Assembly: GCA_018238155.1 (NCBI GenBank)
Contig: JABCTZ010000045.1
Location: forward strand, 36,452-100,451
Direction of reading: 5' to 3'
DNA length: 64,000 bases
Source: Candidatus Heimdallarchaeota archaeon
GTDB lineage: Archaea > Asgardarchaeota > Heimdallarchaeia > JABLTI01
Position 1 is the stretch's first letter. Every line of letters begins with the position of its first letter. Below, piece after piece: positions 17,446 to 28,135 of the stretch. The position numbers and the translations under genes were made by a program. The notes below the pieces were generated by a model that did not search any database, had not been told where the DNA came from, and saw only the letters and a list, made by a program, of their open reading frames with translations.

Positions 17446-18828
17446 ATGATGGTTTACATGGCTACTATGGATTTCGATATCATAATCAAAAATGCCCAAG
17501 TTATTACAATGAATACAAATATGGATTTCTATAATAAAGGATTCATTATAATAAAAAACTCAAAAATTATTGATCTTGGATCAATGGAGAAGTTTCATTC
17601 AGCATATGACAATAAAATTGATTGCAAAGAAGAAATCGATGCCCAAAACAATATTATTATTCCGGGTTTCATCAATTCGCATGGTCATTTTGCTATGACT
17701 CTTTTTAGAGGCATTGCAGACGATTTACCTTTGAAAGAATGGTTAAATAGCTACATTTGGCCAATTGAAGCTAATCTTCAAGGAAATGATTGTTATATTG
17801 GAACAAAACTAGCTGCGATTGAAATGATACAAGGTGGTACAACATCTGCTTGTGATATGTATTTTAATGAACCAAAAACATTGGAAGCTTTAGAAGAAAT
17901 TGGTTTTCGAGGGGTTTTAGGACACGGAATGCTTGATTTTGGTTCTGAGGAAAAAAGATTTCAAGAAATTTCTGAAACGAAAAAATTGATTGATATAATA
18001 AATGAAAAAGCAAAGTTATGTACACCAATCATTTCGCCTCATGCTCCTAATACTTGTTCTAAGGAAATATTACTTGCAGCCAAAAAACTCTCTGATGAAC
18101 ATCAGCTACCACTTCAGATTCATCTTGCTGAGACTAAAAATGAATTTGATGAAATAAAAGCTAAATACAACGTTACTCCAACAAAATTCCTAGACGATTT
18201 AGAATTTCTTTGTGAACAATTAGTAGTAGCTCATAGTATCTGGTTGAAAAAGAAGGATTATCAATTATTAGCAAAAAATGGTGTCAAAGTATCCCACAAT
18301 CCAACAAGCAATTTAAAATTAGGATCTGGGATTCTTGATTATCGCTCCTACAAAGAAAACAAAATTACTTTATCTCTTGGCACAGATGGTGCTTCTAGCA
18401 ATAATAACTTGAGCATGATACAAGAATTAAGGTTAGCAAGTTTAATTCACAAAGGAGTAAATACTAATCCTGAAATTCTTCCTGCCTCTGAATCCTTGAA
18501 AATGGCTACGATAAATGGAGCTACAGCATTAGGATTAGCTCACGATATAGGGTCTCTTGAAAAAAATAAGAAAGCAGATTTAGCAATTATTGATATAAAA
18601 TCATCTAACCTCTGGCCCCCACATAATCCATATTCCCTCATTGCTTATGCAGCAAGTGATTGCAATGTTGTAACAACAGTTGTGAATGGTCAAATTTTAA
18701 TGAAAAACAGACAATTTCTAACTGTAGATGTTCAAGAGGTTTTGAATGAAGCACGGGAAGCAATCATACAATTAATCGATAAATCAAAACTTAGCCAATT
18801 CAGTGAGAAATTGACATATCTCAAATAA
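17446..18828 (+). CDS. mtaD: 5'-methylthioadenosine/SAH deaminase-like amidohydrolase
   Basis: PGFINSHGH, HLAET, HNPTSNLKLGSG, LGTDGASSNN. Confidence 0.85.
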   Translation: MMVYMATMDFDIIIKNAQVITMNTNMDFYNKGFIIIKNSKIIDLGSMEKFHSAYDNKIDCKEEIDAQNNIIIPGFINSHGHFAMTLFRGIADDLPLKEWLNSYIWPIEANLQGNDCYIGTKLAAIEMIQGGTTSACDMYFNEPKTLEALEEIGFRGVLGHGMLDFGSEEKRFQEISETKKLIDIINEKAKLCTPIISPHAPNTCSKEILLAAKKLSDEHQLPLQIHLAETKNEFDEIKAKYNVTPTKFLDDLEFLCEQLVVAHSIWLKKKDYQLLAKNGVKVSHNPTSNLKLGSGILDYRSYKENKITLSLGTDGASSNNNLSMIQELRLASLIHKGVNTNPEILPASESLKMATINGATALGLAHDIGSLEKNKKADLAIIDIKSSNLWPPHNPYSLIAYAASDCNVVTTVVNGQILMKNRQFLTVDVQEVLNEAREAIIQLIDKSKLSQFSEKLTYLK

Positions 18829-18993
18829 ATGATAAATCGACTTTTCATTTTGCAGATAAGCACAATTTAAAATATGGATATGTATTTTATTTTATTAAAT
18901 AAATAAAAGTAGTTTATTAATCTCCGAGTGAATGCTTAAATGCCACTTATATCACACTTGCGACGTTTAGTACTATTTGGTGGATTATAACAC

Positions 18994-19605
18994 ATGAGCG
19001 ATGAAGAAAGAATATACAAACAGCTTGAAAATATCTCATCCACAATAATCAAAGCACTTGAAGGTCTCGAGAAAGAATTAGAAGATTATATTCAAGTTAC
19101 AGATTCACGTTTTCTTAAATTAGAAGATAAAGTCAATAGATTAGAAGCATTAGCAAATGCCTCTAGCAGAGGATTAGTTAAGACAATAGAAGACTCTACT
19201 GATAAGAAAGAAATTTCTGAATTATCTCATATTGTTCCTAAAAGAAGTAGTTCTATCCCTCAACCAACAACTTCTCATGTTTCACAAGTTGAATCGCTTA
19301 AAGAACACTCATCTCAACCTAAGATATCTACTCCGGTGCCTATCCCTACACAATCACCAATTATTGCTCCTGTTGAAACACCCGCTTTTTCAAAGGTACC
19401 CGAAGTACCAATTCCCCCTTCTTTCAAACCCACATTAGAAAAGGAACCTGTTAAAGAGGAAATTACAGTTCCCCAACCAAAGAAGTCAGAATCATCTCTT
19501 CCAAATAATTCTATTGCTGAAAAATTAGAAGAAAAGAAGAAGGAAGAAACAGATCAAGATAAGGATGATTTGATGTCTGCATTAAAGATGATCGATTCAC
19601 TTTAG
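18994..19605 (+). CDS. coiled-coil / proline-rich / C-terminal helix protein
   Basis: N-terminal heptads, P-rich middle, C-terminal DKDDLMSALKMIDSL. Confidence 0.75.
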   Translation: MSDEERIYKQLENISSTIIKALEGLEKELEDYIQVTDSRFLKLEDKVNRLEALANASSRGLVKTIEDSTDKKEISELSHIVPKRSSSIPQPTTSHVSQVESLKEHSSQPKISTPVPIPTQSPIIAPVETPAFSKVPEVPIPPSFKPTLEKEPVKEEITVPQPKKSESSLPNNSIAEKLEEKKKEETDQDKDDLMSALKMIDSL

Positions 19606-19606
19606 C

Positions 19607-22486
19607 CTAAGCTAGTTCAAACTCAACTAATTCACTTTCCTTTTCTCTTGAGTCTTTTACTTCGATTGGTGAAATTGTAGTTTCTCCCCTCATTTTATTT
19701 ATTAGATAAGTTTTATCAGCTATTCTTTCAAAGTCAGGGTCATGTGTTACAACAAACATTTGACCAACTAATCTATTCTTTTCGAGAACAGAAACAAGTT
19801 CTCCTCTTCTGCGTTCATCAAGGAAGATTGTTGGTTCATCAAGAATAAGTGTATCAAGTGAAGAGAATTCCTTAGCAAAAGCTAATCTTAGTGTCAAAGC
19901 GATGACTATAGTTTCTCCCCCACTCAAAACTGAAATATCCTCAATATTTCCCAATCGTATAATATTAAGTGAATAATCATCATTTACAATTATGCTCTGA
20001 ATATCACTTTCTGGAGCAATTGATTGTAAAATCTCAGTTGCAGTATTGCTTATTCTTTCAATATAATTGGGTAGTAATCTATTTGGTAATTCCCGCATTA
20101 AGCTTCTTAAAATCGATACTATTTTCTTCTTCTTATTCTCTTGATTGGTCTTTTCATCCAGCTTAGCTAACTGATTCGTTTTCTCTTGTAAGTCTTTTTT
20201 CTGTTTCTCTAATGGTGGAATTATCTCTTCTTTCAATGTTAAAATCGATGTTTTATATGTAACAATTTTATCTCTCATTTTTTTCCAATTTTCTTCAATT
20301 TCCTCTCTATCTTTAAACCCATCAAGCAATTCAATTGTAGCTAATTTCGAAATCGTTTCTTTTAAGTTTACACTATCTTTATGCTGTGATTTAATTTTTC
20401 CGATCAGAACTTTCATAATAGAAACTACTTCGTTCAATTCATCTTCTAAATGACTTAATTGAGAAATTTCCATTGTTTTCTCACTTAGATTCTTAGAAGT
20501 ATATTTGATTTTTAATTGAGAGATTTTTACTTTCAATTCCTTTGCTTCTTTAAGCTCATCTTTGATTTGACCTGAGATTTTAATGAATCTTGGAATAGAT
20601 TTCTTGGTAGAATTAATGTAACTAATTCTTTCTTCTAAATGGCTTATCATTTCTTCTAATTCATTTGCTTTTTCTTGAGAAAATTTCTCTTTCAATTTTT
20701 TAATGCTATCTTCCAATTTCTCACATTTGTCCTCTAATACATCCTTTTCTTTTTCTAAGTCTAGAAGAGCATCAAAAGTTTGTGAGGTTTTCTCATATAT
20801 TCTACGTTTCTCTCTCAAATCCATTTCTTTTTTCTTTGAATCGTTAAGTGAGCTAGTAATTCCCACTAATTTTTGTTTTACTTCTTTCTTTTCTTTACAA
20901 AACTGAGATTTTTCTTCAGTTAATTCAGCGCAAAGTTTAGTAAGAGTTTCAACAGATAGGTTCTGCTTGCAGGTCGGACAAGTTTCTTCACCTTGTAATT
21001 TATTTAAATGATTTAGATCTTCTTTTATTCTATTGATATTCATCTCAAGCAAAGATTTCTTGTTTTTATGTTGAGAAGTGATTTCATCTAATTCTATGAT
21101 TTCTTTTTCTAAATTTCCTATTTGTACATTAAATTCAATCTTTGAATATTCTTGGAGTGTATTTTTCCAATCATCACCAGCTTCTTTTGATAGAAAGAGA
21201 CGGTTTTTAACAATTCTTGACTGATATCTACTCGCTGATTCCTCCTGAGCTTTCCATTTTGTATCGTTCACAGAAATTTTATTTAGCAATTCATTACTCT
21301 TCTTCATTTCTTTCTTATGAATTTGTAATTCCTGTTTAGAATCCTCAATGATATTAGGTATTTTTTCTTGCCATTTAGAAACATTTAATCCCAATTCAGA
21401 TATCTCATCTGAAATTTCTTTAACATCTTTATTCAATTGTTGTTGCTTTTCATTTGTCGAATGAAGAAGCGTTGCTAAATTTCTCTCGAGATGCTTTATT
21501 GTCTCGAGATTAACAGATAACTCCTTCTCTTCATTTCGTGTTTTATCTAAAGATAACTTGGTTTTTTCTAAATTATTTTCATTTGAATTCAAGAATTTAT
21601 TAAATGAAGATAATGTTATCTTGAGTGACTCAGTATTGGTCTTTGTACTCAATCGTATCATATTTGAATTGATTTCCGTTTCTAGCGAATTAATTTCCTC
21701 TTCAATAGATCCTTTTATCCCTTCTAACGTTCTATATTCTTCTACTGCACTACCAATTTCATTATACATGTGGTCTAAATCTTTGTAAGTTTTATTCAAA
21801 TCAATTAGTTGAAATTTCTCGTTTTTTAGTTGTTTCTTCTTCTCAGTAATTTGAGCTTCAATGGAAGGGAGTGATTTTACGTCTTCTCGTAAGTCCTCAG
21901 ATCGTCCTTGTAGGATAGTAATTTGTGTATTGATAATTTTATCAACTTTTGAAAGGTTTTGCCACGCTTTTTCATATCGGTCAATTTGAAAAAGTCGATC
22001 AAAAAGCTTTTTTCTCTCCGATTCCTTTGATGTCACAATTTTTCCTATTTCACCTTGGGAAGCATAAACTGCACTTATGAATGTTGTAGCATCAATATCA
22101 AGTATTTCTTCAATTTTAGCTCTTACAGCATTTCTTCCCTCTGCAATAGTTTCATTAATTGTTTCGTTTTGAAGTACTTGTGATTGAGTTGCTCTATCTA
22201 TATCCTTTCTCGTAATTTCATCTACTAAACGATAGTCCTCACCATTAACTGAAAATCTAGTTATTATTCTACCTTGTCTCTCACCATATCGAATCATATC
22301 AACCAATCGTCTACCAGGAACTGTTTCACCAAAAATAGATAGGAAAATACTCTCAAGAATAGTACTTTTTCCTGCACCATTTTCCCCTAGTAGAACATTA
22401 TTGCCTAAAGAGAAAATAATTTCTTCTGAAACGTAGGTCTTGATATTTTCAAGATTTATTTTTGTAATCTGGAATTTTTTCATCAT
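19607..22486 (-). CDS. rad50: DNA double-strand break repair ATPase Rad50
   Basis: GENGAGKS, zinc hook CPTC, LSGGE, ILDEPT, VTH; long coiled coil. Confidence 0.96.
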   Translation of the reverse strand: MMKKFQITKINLENIKTYVSEEIIFSLGNNVLLGENGAGKSTILESIFLSIFGETVPGRRLVDMIRYGERQGRIITRFSVNGEDYRLVDEITRKDIDRATQSQVLQNETINETIAEGRNAVRAKIEEILDIDATTFISAVYASQGEIGKIVTSKESERKKLFDRLFQIDRYEKAWQNLSKVDKIINTQITILQGRSEDLREDVKSLPSIEAQITEKKKQLKNEKFQLIDLNKTYKDLDHMYNEIGSAVEEYRTLEGIKGSIEEEINSLETEINSNMIRLSTKTNTESLKITLSSFNKFLNSNENNLEKTKLSLDKTRNEEKELSVNLETIKHLERNLATLLHSTNEKQQQLNKDVKEISDEISELGLNVSKWQEKIPNIIEDSKQELQIHKKEMKKSNELLNKISVNDTKWKAQEESASRYQSRIVKNRLFLSKEAGDDWKNTLQEYSKIEFNVQIGNLEKEIIELDEITSQHKNKKSLLEMNINRIKEDLNHLNKLQGEETCPTCKQNLSVETLTKLCAELTEEKSQFCKEKKEVKQKLVGITSSLNDSKKKEMDLREKRRIYEKTSQTFDALLDLEKEKDVLEDKCEKLEDSIKKLKEKFSQEKANELEEMISHLEERISYINSTKKSIPRFIKISGQIKDELKEAKELKVKISQLKIKYTSKNLSEKTMEISQLSHLEDELNEVVSIMKVLIGKIKSQHKDSVNLKETISKLATIELLDGFKDREEIEENWKKMRDKIVTYKTSILTLKEEIIPPLEKQKKDLQEKTNQLAKLDEKTNQENKKKKIVSILRSLMRELPNRLLPNYIERISNTATEILQSIAPESDIQSIIVNDDYSLNIIRLGNIEDISVLSGGETIVIALTLRLAFAKEFSSLDTLILDEPTIFLDERRRGELVSVLEKNRLVGQMFVVTHDPDFERIADKTYLINKMRGETTISPIEVKDSREKESELVEFELA

Positions 22487-23922
22487 TTCTCCCCCTCAGC
22501 TATAAATTTAGATAATGCAGATTGTTTTGTATTCTTTTTCGTTGATAGTGCTGCTTTTGGTTCTTTAATTTCAACTCGTTCTTTTATATGCTTATTTTCA
22601 GCAATTTCTTTAGTTGGTTTCAAATTTGCTTTTTTGATATTTTTTGTTTTTTCTGGTTTAGCATTTTCTTTATGTTTAAATTCATTAACGATTATTTTTG
22701 TAGAAACATCACCAATTAAATCGTAAATTGCCAGAATTTCATCTGCTTTTTCTGAAGAAATGGATTTTTGTCCTAAGATTTTAACAGTTTCATTTGCTAA
22801 TTCGATCCAACTATTTACTGATTTCTTTTTTAAGCTATATGAAGTTCCAAGGATTTCAGCCAATGCTGCATCAGAGGTTAAACCATGTACTGCAGATGGT
22901 AATTCCTTATGAGTAAAATTCTGAGTAATTATTATATATAGTGCTTCTGAATTTTTATTTGAAGGCAAATCTATTAAATTAATTAACTTTTTTTTACCCA
23001 AAGCAATTCTTCCGGAAAAATCATATCGAATGATAGCTCCTTTTTTATCATGTTTTTTCATGAAGGCATTTGCTTTTGAATGAATTTCTTCTATTGGTGT
23101 ATTATCCTCAAATTCTAATTTGAAACGACCTTTAGGTCTAACAGCAAATTCCTTTCGATCAACTTTTGATAACCACTCGTTATTTTCAAAATTAATATTT
23201 ATACTATAATAGCCAGATTTTTGGAAGTAGCCATCTAGTTCAGGCTTTCCCCAATCATTCAGACTCGTTTGCTCTGTTGATCCAGGACAATAAAGGTTAT
23301 TTTCTTTGTCACTCCATGGTTTATGATAATGACCCAGAGCAATATAATTAAACCCAATACTAGCCAACTCATAACCCGTCATGTCATATACATTGTCATT
23401 CACTTGTCCTTGAACATAACCGTGTAGAGCTAATATATTGAATTTGTTTTTATTTAGTGGATTATTCCTAAGCACTTCCTCAACAACGAGTCCAGTTGAT
23501 TTTCCATATTCACCAATTCCTGTAATGGTAATATTCTCATTTACTTCAATTGTTTCATCTTTTATGTATATTAGATAACCTAAGTCCTCTAAGAGGTTAA
23601 GAATAGTTCCTCCAAATCTTTGGGATTGCGCTTTTGATGCATCGTGATTTCCACGTATAACATAGAATGGTATTTTTTCTTTTTTTAATTTCGAAAGAAT
23701 TTTTACTGCTTGACATAATGCACCTGGGTTTGGTTTGAAATTGTGAAATAAATCACCACAATGTATCACAAATAACGGTTTTTCTTCAATGATTAAATTT
23801 ACACAATCATTTGCTGCTATAAAGAAATCTTGCCAACGCTCTTTTTTCTGGTATTGAAAGTAATCTAAGTGCCAATCTGCAGTATGGCAAAACTTTACTT
23901 TCTCAGTATTTTTGGAATTAAT
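22483..23922 (-). CDS. mre11: DNA double-strand break repair nuclease Mre11 (probable ATT start at 23922)
   Basis: HTADWHL (upstream of the ORF-track start), GDLFH, GNHD, LGHYH, PGSTE. Confidence 0.92.
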   Translation of the reverse strand: MNSKNTEKVKFCHTADWHLDYFQYQKKERWQDFFIAANDCVNLIIEEKPLFVIHCGDLFHNFKPNPGALCQAVKILSKLKKEKIPFYVIRGNHDASKAQSQRFGGTILNLLEDLGYLIYIKDETIEVNENITITGIGEYGKSTGLVVEEVLRNNPLNKNKFNILALHGYVQGQVNDNVYDMTGYELASIGFNYIALGHYHKPWSDKENNLYCPGSTEQTSLNDWGKPELDGYFQKSGYYSININFENNEWLSKVDRKEFAVRPKGRFKLEFEDNTPIEEIHSKANAFMKKHDKKGAIIRYDFSGRIALGKKKLINLIDLPSNKNSEALYIIITQNFTHKELPSAVHGLTSDAALAEILGTSYSLKKKSVNSWIELANETVKILGQKSISSEKADEILAIYDLIGDVSTKIIVNEFKHKENAKPEKTKNIKKANLKPTKEIAENKHIKERVEIKEPKAALSTKKNTKQSALSKFIAEGEK

Positions 23923-23990
23923 TCTTCCTTCACCTACATTGATTCATTATTCATCATCTAATGATGACTCTTTGTTTAAGTTCTCCACTG

Positions 23991-25640
23991 TTAATCTAGC
24001 TCAAAATCATCATCATAGTTTTGAGGTTTAGTTGATGTGTTCTTTTGGTTTTTTATCGCGCTTTTCCATGATTCTGTAATAGGTACGCCTTTACCTCCGA
24101 GTTTACCTTCAAACTTTGCGATTTTTACAAGAGCTGGAATTGGTAAACTTGGTCCAACAACAACTGCTTCTCCTACATTGAGTGATGGTAAATCATTCAG
24201 TAGATCATCACTTAAACTCTCACTCGAGCGTAAAATTTGTTGCTGATCATAAGGGTTAACAATTCTTAGAATAATTTGGGTATTACATTGTGATAAAACA
24301 TCACTATCGAGTCTTCCAGGTCTTTGAGAGATTAATCCTAATCCCACACCAAATTTTCTCCCTTCTGCCCCAATTTGCTTCAAAGCTTGTGAAGATCGCC
24401 CTGACTGTGGTATGAAATTATGTGCTTCCTCAATTACCATTAGTACTGCACATGGTAATTTTGATTTTGTATCTTCATTTCTTGCTTTTGCTCTTCCGGC
24501 AGTAAATATTTTCCTGGCTAGTAAATCTACTATTGTTTGTTGAGTTCTAGTTCCAAGACCTGAAAGTGTGATAATACTAATTTGATTTGGTTTTACTAAT
24601 GAAGGTCCACTTGAATTATAAATCGGTAATTCTGAACTCTTAGTTAAGACATCTTTTGCTGGAGCTAAATCTATTCTTGAGAATAAACCGTATTTGGAGT
24701 TCTCGAGTCGATTTGCTTCTTTTTTCTTCTCCCCCTCTCGCAAATCTTTAATAATAGCATCTATTTTTTCCTTTAAATCATCTAAATCCCAATCACGATT
24801 ACTTTGTTGTAATTGCCAATAAGCTCTACTAAATAGATCCCTTTGAATGGTTGCTTTCTCAGGGATCTCTAAAAGAGATAGTAATTCATTATGTCTAAAG
24901 TTTCTTAGTTTGAAAGCTATTCTTTGTCTACCTACAGTTCGTTTTGCAGAAAAGACAACCACATCACCAATAATTTTTTTATTCTTAGCAAATGGAACGT
25001 AATCCTCGTGAGGATCAACAATTACTATAGATCCACCTAATTCATTGACTATTCTCGAGACAATAATTGCTACACTGTAAGATTTACCAGCGCCGGTAAT
25101 AGCTAAAACGGCAAAGTGTTTTGATACCAATTCATCAATATTCAATTTAACTGGTACATCAGGATGAGATCGAAGATTTCCAACAGTGATGTGTCCATTA
25201 CCAAATATTTTAGCTAGAATTTCACGAGGTGCACGATAAATTTTTGCACCTGGATAAGGTGGAAAGCGTGGAGAGATAATTCTATTATTTTTTTCTTCTA
25301 AAAAACCAAGAATTCTTGCAGTGGCCCCCAAGCGTTCACCATCTTCAAGTCTTCCCAATAGAAGGAGTTTATCAATAGATTCTGGCGATTTGATAAGACT
25401 TTCAATCAGATTCTCGTTTGAGAGAGCAATTTTTGATATCATTGCAATAACTGGTTGAGGAATAATTTCTTTTGGATAATCAATAACTACAAATTCACCC
25501 ATTTCAAGAGGTGCGCTTCGAGCGATTTTAGGATCTACCACAAGAGTAACCTCACTTGGAGTTGATACACCAACAATAGTGGCTACGGGTTTGTTATTAT
25601 TCCCTCGAGATGAATTTAGTTTAGACACTTTAGTAAACAC
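23991..25640 (-). CDS. herA: HerA helicase/translocase
   Basis: HAS barrel, HFAVLAITGAGKS, IEEAHNF, EGRKFGVGL, SQRP; directly upstream of mre11-rad50. Confidence 0.93.
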   Translation of the reverse strand: MFTKVSKLNSSRGNNNKPVATIVGVSTPSEVTLVVDPKIARSAPLEMGEFVVIDYPKEIIPQPVIAMISKIALSNENLIESLIKSPESIDKLLLLGRLEDGERLGATARILGFLEEKNNRIISPRFPPYPGAKIYRAPREILAKIFGNGHITVGNLRSHPDVPVKLNIDELVSKHFAVLAITGAGKSYSVAIIVSRIVNELGGSIVIVDPHEDYVPFAKNKKIIGDVVVFSAKRTVGRQRIAFKLRNFRHNELLSLLEIPEKATIQRDLFSRAYWQLQQSNRDWDLDDLKEKIDAIIKDLREGEKKKEANRLENSKYGLFSRIDLAPAKDVLTKSSELPIYNSSGPSLVKPNQISIITLSGLGTRTQQTIVDLLARKIFTAGRAKARNEDTKSKLPCAVLMVIEEAHNFIPQSGRSSQALKQIGAEGRKFGVGLGLISQRPGRLDSDVLSQCNTQIILRIVNPYDQQQILRSSESLSDDLLNDLPSLNVGEAVVVGPSLPIPALVKIAKFEGKLGGKGVPITESWKSAIKNQKNTSTKPQNYDDDFELD

Positions 25641-25707
25641 TCTCTTCTATTCTAAATGATGGCAGTACATATGTTCTAATAATCTTTTGTAATATCAATG
25701 GTTCTAT

Positions 25708-25989
25708 TTACATGAATGAATATCCAGCCAATATTCCGCTGCCAGATATTAATGAAAGACTGATTAGAACAATTCCTTTGACAACGGTTTTTTTCCCACC
25801 ACGTTCATCCCAACCTGTTGCCCATTGAATTGCTCCAACTATTGCTAAAATAACACCAATAGCAAAACAAATAGCTATCAAAAAAGCAATAGCATTGCTA
25901 AAAATTGTTTGAAAGTGATTTGGAATGTCTTCTAAGCTTTCCATTAGGTTATTTACTTCTACATAATATTTGGGAGCTTGAGAGAACAT
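25708..25989 (-). CDS. small two-TM membrane protein (VirB2/TrbC pilin-like topology)
   Basis: Two hydrophobic helices joined by W...DERGGKK. Confidence 0.6.
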   Translation of the reverse strand: MFSQAPKYYVEVNNLMESLEDIPNHFQTIFSNAIAFLIAICFAIGVILAIVGAIQWATGWDERGGKKTVVKGIVLISLSLISGSGILAGYSFM

Positions 25990-26048
25990 ATCTTATCAAA
26001 AATAAGTAGATATTAGGAAATAAAAACACCTAAGTTTTCATTTGAAAC

Positions 26049-27179
26049 CTATAATCCATTTTTTACAAATGCACCTAATAGAACTAACGCAACAGTAGTA
26101 ATTACAATTATTACACTCGTTGATGTAACTAATTGCCAATTTTTCATTTTTTCTGCTTTTGAAGTATGAATAATATAAAATGTATAAATCCAAACGACAT
26201 ACTGTATTAAAAATACCCAATATAGAGAATTAAATCCTACAAATGCTAAGAAGATACTTTTGTAAATATCAAAATTCTTGACATATGAGATTATAATAAT
26301 AGTAATCCAAACTACAACAATTACTATAGTAATACAAATACGAATTATTGAATTTGCAGAATCTAATGGGAAAGGTAAAGAGAGTAATGCAAATAATAGA
26401 CCTAAATCTTGATCTCGAGTAACATGAACACCTAATACACCTTGAATATACAAAAGAGGATCATTAAGAAATGGTATACTAAAGAGTGTAATTGTTACAA
26501 ATAAAACAACAATTTTAGTAAAAAGGTTGGAGAAATTGCGTTCATGAACATCATTTTTTAGAAAGAATGGTACAAGAATTAGTGCTATTGGCTTAGTTAA
26601 AATAGCCAATGAAAGAAAGATTCCTTCGAAGAAATAAATTTTTTCTTCATTAAAAATACAAGCTAGCAAAATGAAAACAAACATTAGTGAATCAAATTTC
26701 CCATGCATTGCTCCAGTCATAAGTACCATTGGTGTAAGAAACCAAACAGCTATTGGTATTTTCAGTCGCCAAACATTATTCACTCTTTTTTGAAGTATGA
26801 TGTATAATAGAGCTATCACTTGTAAATCAAATAAAAGTATAAGACCCTTTGTTATTCCAAAAAACCAAGTTTCAGGAAAGATTATGAGAATTAATGAACT
26901 GACGTACATCCACAGGGGAAAATAAGCATAAAAGTGTTTTATGCCTTCTACTTGAAAACTTTCTAAAGTAGTTTGATAAGGATTTTCACCATTCAAGAAC
27001 AATTTTGCTGCAGCCTTCCAGACAAAAATATCTGTGGAAGTAAAATTCCAAAGTAAAATTCTAGCAATTATTCCTGCGAGAATGATAATACCAAATACTA
27101 TCCATGAGGAATTATTTGGAGAGAAAAACTCTCTAATCTTTGGAAATTTTGATTCTGTAATCAATCGTTCTTCGTACAT
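26049..27179 (-). CDS. GT-C fold membrane glycosyltransferase (GT87/PIG-M-like)
   Basis: TD..V, GENPY, YAYFP, GKFDSL, LTKP; multiple TM helices. Confidence 0.8.
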   Translation of the reverse strand: MYEERLITESKFPKIREFFSPNNSSWIVFGIIILAGIIARILLWNFTSTDIFVWKAAAKLFLNGENPYQTTLESFQVEGIKHFYAYFPLWMYVSSLILIIFPETWFFGITKGLILLFDLQVIALLYIILQKRVNNVWRLKIPIAVWFLTPMVLMTGAMHGKFDSLMFVFILLACIFNEEKIYFFEGIFLSLAILTKPIALILVPFFLKNDVHERNFSNLFTKIVVLFVTITLFSIPFLNDPLLYIQGVLGVHVTRDQDLGLLFALLSLPFPLDSANSIIRICITIVIVVVWITIIIISYVKNFDIYKSIFLAFVGFNSLYWVFLIQYVVWIYTFYIIHTSKAEKMKNWQLVTSTSVIIVITTVALVLLGAFVKNGL

Positions 27180-27325
27180 TGTATTTACCCGCGATAAAGT
27201 AAAATTGAGAGTATTTTAACTACTATAAATCCACACTTTTGTTTGTTAAAACATAAATTTAAGAAATTTTCCATGAAAAAATGAAAAGATGAAAGTAAAA
27301 TTCAGTGTAATAATGAACTTTCTTT

Positions 27326-28063
27326 CTAGAGTGTTTTTTCTACCTCTTTCTGATATCGTTCTGATTTATCGCCGAATTTTCTCTCTGTTTTTGATATTAA
27401 TCTTTGAATATTTTCTCTATGGCTCCATATAATGAATAATCCTGCTACAAATCCACTTACAGTTAATGGAATACATGTTATTAAATCCAATCCCATTATA
27501 AAATAGGTTTCAAGAAAGATGAAAATTGCAGATAAAGGCATTGTGATAATATTTGCTAAAGAAGTATACTTTGTTGTAAAAACAACGAGAAACCAAACAA
27601 TTACCAAAACCAATGCAGTAACAGGAACAAAGTTAATGAATACTCCTGCAGTTGTTGCCATTCCTTTTCCACCTTGGAATTTCAGAAAAATTGGCCAATT
27701 ATGACCCACTACAGCCATTAATCCTGCAATTACTACTATAGCTTGTGGTATTGGTTCTGTAAAACCCATTGTATAAACAAATTTTGTTTCTGGTTGAGTA
27801 ACTATTACAGCGTAGTGTATTATTAACCGTGCAGCCCAAGCTACTACACCCCCTTTTACCACTATATCAACCACTAGAGTCATAATTGCAGACCCTGTGC
27901 CCAATATTCGATAAACATTTGAAAATCCAGTATTCCCGCTCCCGAAATCTCGTATATCTATTTTTTTCAACAATTTTCCTAAAACATATCCTGTTGGGAA
28001 ACTACCAATTAGATAGCTTCCAATAATAACCATTAGATATATTGCCCAATCTGGTAGTGCCAT
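27326..28063 (-). CDS. plsY: acyl-phosphate:glycerol-3-phosphate acyltransferase PlsY
   Basis: YLIGSFP, DIRDFGSGNTGFSNVYR, GHNWPIFLKFQGGKGMAT, HRENIQRL. Confidence 0.93.
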   Translation of the reverse strand: MALPDWAIYLMVIIGSYLIGSFPTGYVLGKLLKKIDIRDFGSGNTGFSNVYRILGTGSAIMTLVVDIVVKGGVVAWAARLIIHYAVIVTQPETKFVYTMGFTEPIPQAIVVIAGLMAVVGHNWPIFLKFQGGKGMATTAGVFINFVPVTALVLVIVWFLVVFTTKYTSLANIITMPLSAIFIFLETYFIMGLDLITCIPLTVSGFVAGLFIIWSHRENIQRLISKTERKFGDKSERYQKEVEKTL

Positions 28064-28135
28064 TTTAACTTCTTCCTGCTGTGTTTTCCTATTTTTTCCT
28101 CTTTTTTAAGGATTCTCCTCTTTCTCAATCTTTGC

